Below the pieces are notes generated by a model that was not told the origin of the DNA, ran no database searches, and saw only the letters and a list, made by a program, of their open reading frames with translations. Below, piece by piece: positions 59,917-64,000 of a stretch of DNA of 64,000 bases. The stretch is taken from contig NC_042997.1 in NCBI RefSeq assembly GCF_006345805.1, forward strand, positions 157,790,001-157,854,000. The letters are read 5' to 3'. The translations under genes were made by a program, and so were the position numbers. Within the stretch, counting starts at the first letter, position 1. The number at the start of each line of letters is the position of its first letter. The DNA comes from Octopus sinensis. Its lineage: Eukaryota.

Positions 59917-59917
<1 letters not shown>
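58113..59917 (+). mobile_element. 5'-truncated LINE (CR1/L2/Jockey group) with uninterrupted RT frame to 59827 and (TATCAAAG)x3 tail
   Basis: YRPISLTS, DFSKAFD, GVPQGTVLGPLLF, FADD, DLGV, RPHLEY, SLQRRRERY; no endonuclease domain present; tail at 59894-59917. Confidence 0.93.
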
Positions 59918-60002
<85 letters not shown>

Positions 60003-61204
60003 TATATATACATATATATGTATGCATACATACATATACACATGCATATGTGTGTATATATATTAATATTTATACAATAGATCCATTTCAATTAATTTTT
60101 CTAGTCGATTTCAAACACGAGAGTTAGGGCAAAAACAATCACGTATGGCGATTTACGTGTATGTGAAAGTGTATGCTTATATGTAATAAGTTCTGTGTGA
60201 CAAACATTTAGATTTTAGTATTGAGTATTACTGATGATAGAAGTTCTTATGTCATATTCGTGATAGCATCTGTCTGTATCCAAGTACATATTTCTGTTTA
60301 TGAGGGCAGGGACTGAAATTTTTGCGTCCAAAGTTTAGGTAGATAACAGGGTGAAGAGAGTTCTTTCGTATAACTCTTTTATCCGCTAAGCAGAGACAGG
60401 CCTCGAGTGGCAAAGAGGTACCACCCTACTCTTCCTACTAGCCCTTATCATGAGTGCTGAGATTGTTCCCCACCCACTCTGCCCTGTCACTAAACTCTCG
60501 AGTAGGAAACTGAATGGATAAATAATAGTGTATCATATAAGTATCACTATCACCATTCTATATTCGCGATAGCATCCGTCTGTATCCAAGCACATATTTC
60601 TGTTCATAAGGGCAGGGGACGGAAAGTTTCACGTTTACAGTTTAGGTAGATAATCGGGTGAAGAGAGTATAATAAGAAATTACATACTCGACAAGTGAAC
60701 AAGAAGTTTTTCATTTATATAATCTCTTATACACACACACAGACAAACAAACACACAGATACATAAATGCAAGTGTGTATATACATATTAATGTGTGTAT
60801 GTGTTTCATTCACTACATGACTATAATCGAATTTTGTCATTTTTCTATATTTTTCATGTTTTTATTAGTTTCTTTTTTTTTACATCAATTTGAACCAGTA
60901 GAATTCCTAAGTCCTTATCCCACGTTCCTAAATCTTCACTGCCTCATTGTAAAGTTCTACAAATGTCAGAAATGGATTTAGAAACACTACTGTACGAAAT
61001 CACCCCTGAGAATGCTAATGAGAAAAGAGGAAAAATATAAAATAAAAATGATAAAAAAGAAAAATGGGATTATCATAGTTGAAGAGCTCTTAATCTTAGA
61101 TTTACTGATCAGAGTTGAGCTGTGAAAAAACGAAAAACATACACGGGTACACACGCATACACACGTACACACAAATACATACACACATACATACATGCAA
61201 ACTA

Positions 61205-61487
61205 GTGTTTAGAGCAGCGGACTCGCTGTCGAGGGATCGCGGGTTCGAATCTCAGACCGGGCGATGTGTGTTTATGAGCAAAACACTTAAGCTCCACGCG
61301 GCTCCGGCAGAAGGTAATGGCGAAACTTCTGCTGACTCTTTCGCCACAACTTTCTCACACTCTTTCCTCCCGCATCTTGCAGCTCGCCTGCGGCGGACCG
61401 GCGTCCCGTCCAGGTGGGGAACCTATAAGCCAAAGAAACCGGGAAATCGGCCCTTATGAGCCAGGCATGGCTCGAGAAGGAACAAAC
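61205..61487 (+). mobile_element. SINE family C
   Basis: gcagcggactcg...gggttcgaatc...gagaaggaac. Confidence 0.85.
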
Positions 61488-61489
61488 AA

Positions 61490-61785
61490 AATACATACAA
61501 ACAAACATACATACACACATAAAGAAATAGATGAGAATACACACATAGAGCAATGCATGAGAATACATGCATGAAGCAAAACATACAAATCTGCACACAT
61601 ACATACATACATGCATACATACATACATACATACATACATACATACATACATACATACATACATACATACATACATACATGCCCTGTTGTTGATGTTGAA
61701 ATTTCAATGAAGGAGCCTTGAATGTAGGTTAGAAATCGGCACTATAGTGGCAAGAAATCTTGAAATAAAACTGAATAAGGACATG
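61490..61785 (+). mobile_element. 3' UTR fragment of the R4/Dong-like LINE, copy 3
   Basis: gcatgagaat...aaaacatacaaatctgcac-(CATA)n-ccctgttgttgat...aaatcttgaaataaa...ctgaataa matches 50960-51005 and the reverse complement of 26972-27080. Confidence 0.75.
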
Positions 61786-62679
61786 CATACTGATGTTTGT
61801 AAAGCTGTACACAGACACATTTATACAGAAATTCTGGATTTTATCACTAACTATTGGAAACTAGATTATATCACATGTAGAAACTCATTCATAATGCTAA
61901 TAGTGAACTCATTTCTGTGCTGAAAATACACGGGAAATTCATTTACATTTAACTTTTATACCATCAATATGGTTAAAATGATTGCCAGAGTGTTCAAAGG
62001 TAACAAGAAAAGTTACCTTTGAACACTTGACCAGCAAGAAATAAAATAAATTGCCTTCAAGTCACACTTGACCGTCTTAAGTCTAAGTTAAGAGTAGTGG
62101 AATGGATGGAGAGACCCCGTTGGAATACCTTTGATCAAATATCTTTTTGATAGGGAACGATCTGCGGCTAAAGATAAAAGAATGAACTCTTACTGACCTT
62201 CTTTCTTTTAATCGTTTAGAGGTCGCGTATAAAACGTAAAATGAAACTTCTAAACTCTTAAACACTCTCAAGATATTTTACAATTGTTGTGATATTATGT
62301 ATCCGAAGGCTAAGGCCTTAGTTTTAATTTCTATATGAATTCACTTTACTTCATTTACACTTCTAAAATTCTGGAGAAATGCGTAAATGTCAAGTAGTTT
62401 TTCTCATTTCTGTAAGCTAGCGCCCTTATGTTGAGTATGAAATCAACTTTTTGCTGATACATGCTCTGAAGGCAATTTTTTGCGGTAAGTAAATTGAATA
62501 ATCTACCGTGTCTGGTATTGTTGTTGTTGCTGTTGTTGTTGTTGTTGTTATTATTATTATTGAGTGAGAGAGCGGTGCTTGCCATCAAAGGGAAGCTGCG
62601 GTAAAATATAGAAAGTCCAGTATACTCATCATGACTACCTGTCTGATAAGGGCACACCAGACCTGATCGGCACTGTTGT

Positions 62680-63740
62680 AAAGGAAAACTAGGTAACTAG
62701 AGCAAAGATCATCCAAGAAAAGTCAGTCGGTTGCAGTTTTGCACTTTGAAGAGGCAGGTGAATGTCAAAAAATAGCATCGTAGGACGCTGGACGGACATA
62801 CCGGTTAAATTTCTCGGGGTCTGATTTCGTTGAAACTTCCAAGTGGAGAGAAACGAGGACGAAGTGACAAGGGTAACCCGTCTCATCCAGAAATTTTCTG
62901 AGAGAAAGTTTTCGTTGAAAGGACGGGTAGTGATGCGAACACGTACATCGCCTTCGTCGTATACCATCGCTTGACTGTCGTGGCTTATTCCCATTCATGC
63001 CTGATTAGAATGAAGAGCCGACTCTTCTGCTATTTGTGGAAGGAATGCTTTTGGCTTGTCAGGTGCTTCATTTACAGTCAATGCCCGTTGACTGGAGAAC
63101 TCTTGTGGCTGATGATGGGCAGACACGAGGCTTCGACATCTCGAACGGTTCCTTGACACCGAGCACTGTTTATCAGACTCGCTTTCCCGGAACTCGTTTT
63201 TTTTTTTTGGGATTGCAGAACTGCGTCAAACGTAGACCAAGGAAAGGTGCTTGGTACCTAGGGTACCGACAGGCGCTCGCAGCTCTCTTCTAGTCGCGCA
63301 CTGCGGTCGGTGGAAGTTAGACTTTGGCGTTCTATAGAGGTTTAGTGACGGGTAGGAGTGATATCATTCTCATGGAGACACTGGGCGTCGATGAGTATGA
63401 ACTGGCTCGTCTATTCCGCTGGACTTTCGGGCCAAGGCTCATGATCAATTTCCAGAAGTCCCTGGTCTGATACTGCCGATTCGAAATAGACTTTACAGGT
63501 ATGGAGATGCTGTTAGCCGGACTAGCCCGAAATGCACGCAGAACGACGAAATTGTTCCGTACGCACTCATCCAGTGCTGGAGAATTGCTGACTTGTACGT
63601 TTATCTCGAGCACCTACCGTCGTGTGTAGGATGGATCCGGCTATCGTTTGAGTCGATTGTGAAGATGGTCACGTCGCATTATTTTGGCCGATATGGACAG
63701 TCGGGTGACATTAGAGGTGTGTGTTGGACCAGACTGTAAG
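62680..63740 (-). pseudogene. Degraded Tx1/L1-group retroelement ORF2 fragment
   Basis: ECVRNNFVVLRAFRASPANSISI...QTRDF and downstream frameshifted RT-like segments resemble Tx1-type ORF2 (recalled similarity). Confidence 0.5.
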
Positions 63741-64000
63741 GTTAGTCAGACACTTTACGGAGTAGATGAAATAAGTACCATTTGAGCACTTGGGTCGATG
63801 CAATAGACTTACTTCTATCCCAAAACTGTTGTGTTAAAATTTGAAATTATTATTCTTTTACTTTTTTACTTGTTTCACTCATTTCATTGTGGGCATACTG
63901 GGCCCCAGGACTTATTCTTTGTAAGCCAAGTACTTATTCTATTGGTATCTTTTACCGAACCGCTTAGTTACGGGTACGTAAACACACCAGTATCGGTTGT

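Noticed and set aside
60227-60260. CTGATGA-T-AGAAgTTCT-T hammerhead-like start
   Set aside because: No GAAA or stem III follows

Overview
Eukaryotic, AT-rich, microsatellite-dense genomic DNA. The SINE families and repeat landscape suggest an octopus (inference). One host gene spans the window: a minus-strand copper type II monooxygenase of the dopamine/tyramine beta-hydroxylase family. I assembled it by hand into 12 coding exons (51771 to 17658, 597 aa). Every intron is GT-AG and phase-compatible, and all six copper ligands are present. The rest is transposon-derived: tRNA-type SINEs, MITEs/foldbacks, mariner/Tc1/hAT remnants, a deleted Ty3/gypsy element, a 5'-truncated LINE with an open RT frame, RLE-type (R4/Dong-like) LINE fragments and a Tx1-like remnant. 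The most interesting signal is at 9.9-12.2 kb. Two unrelated non-coding repeat units (355 and ~492 nt) sit in (TA)n tracts, each arranged as a partial tandem plus an inverted copy. Each carries a type I hammerhead-ribozyme fold with a self-complementary stem III and a non-canonical core, so they are candidate retrozyme / Penelope-pLTR-like elements. More degenerate hammerhead-like motifs occur in two other short repeat families inside the gene's last introns. No databases or folding software were used, and novelty is unverified.
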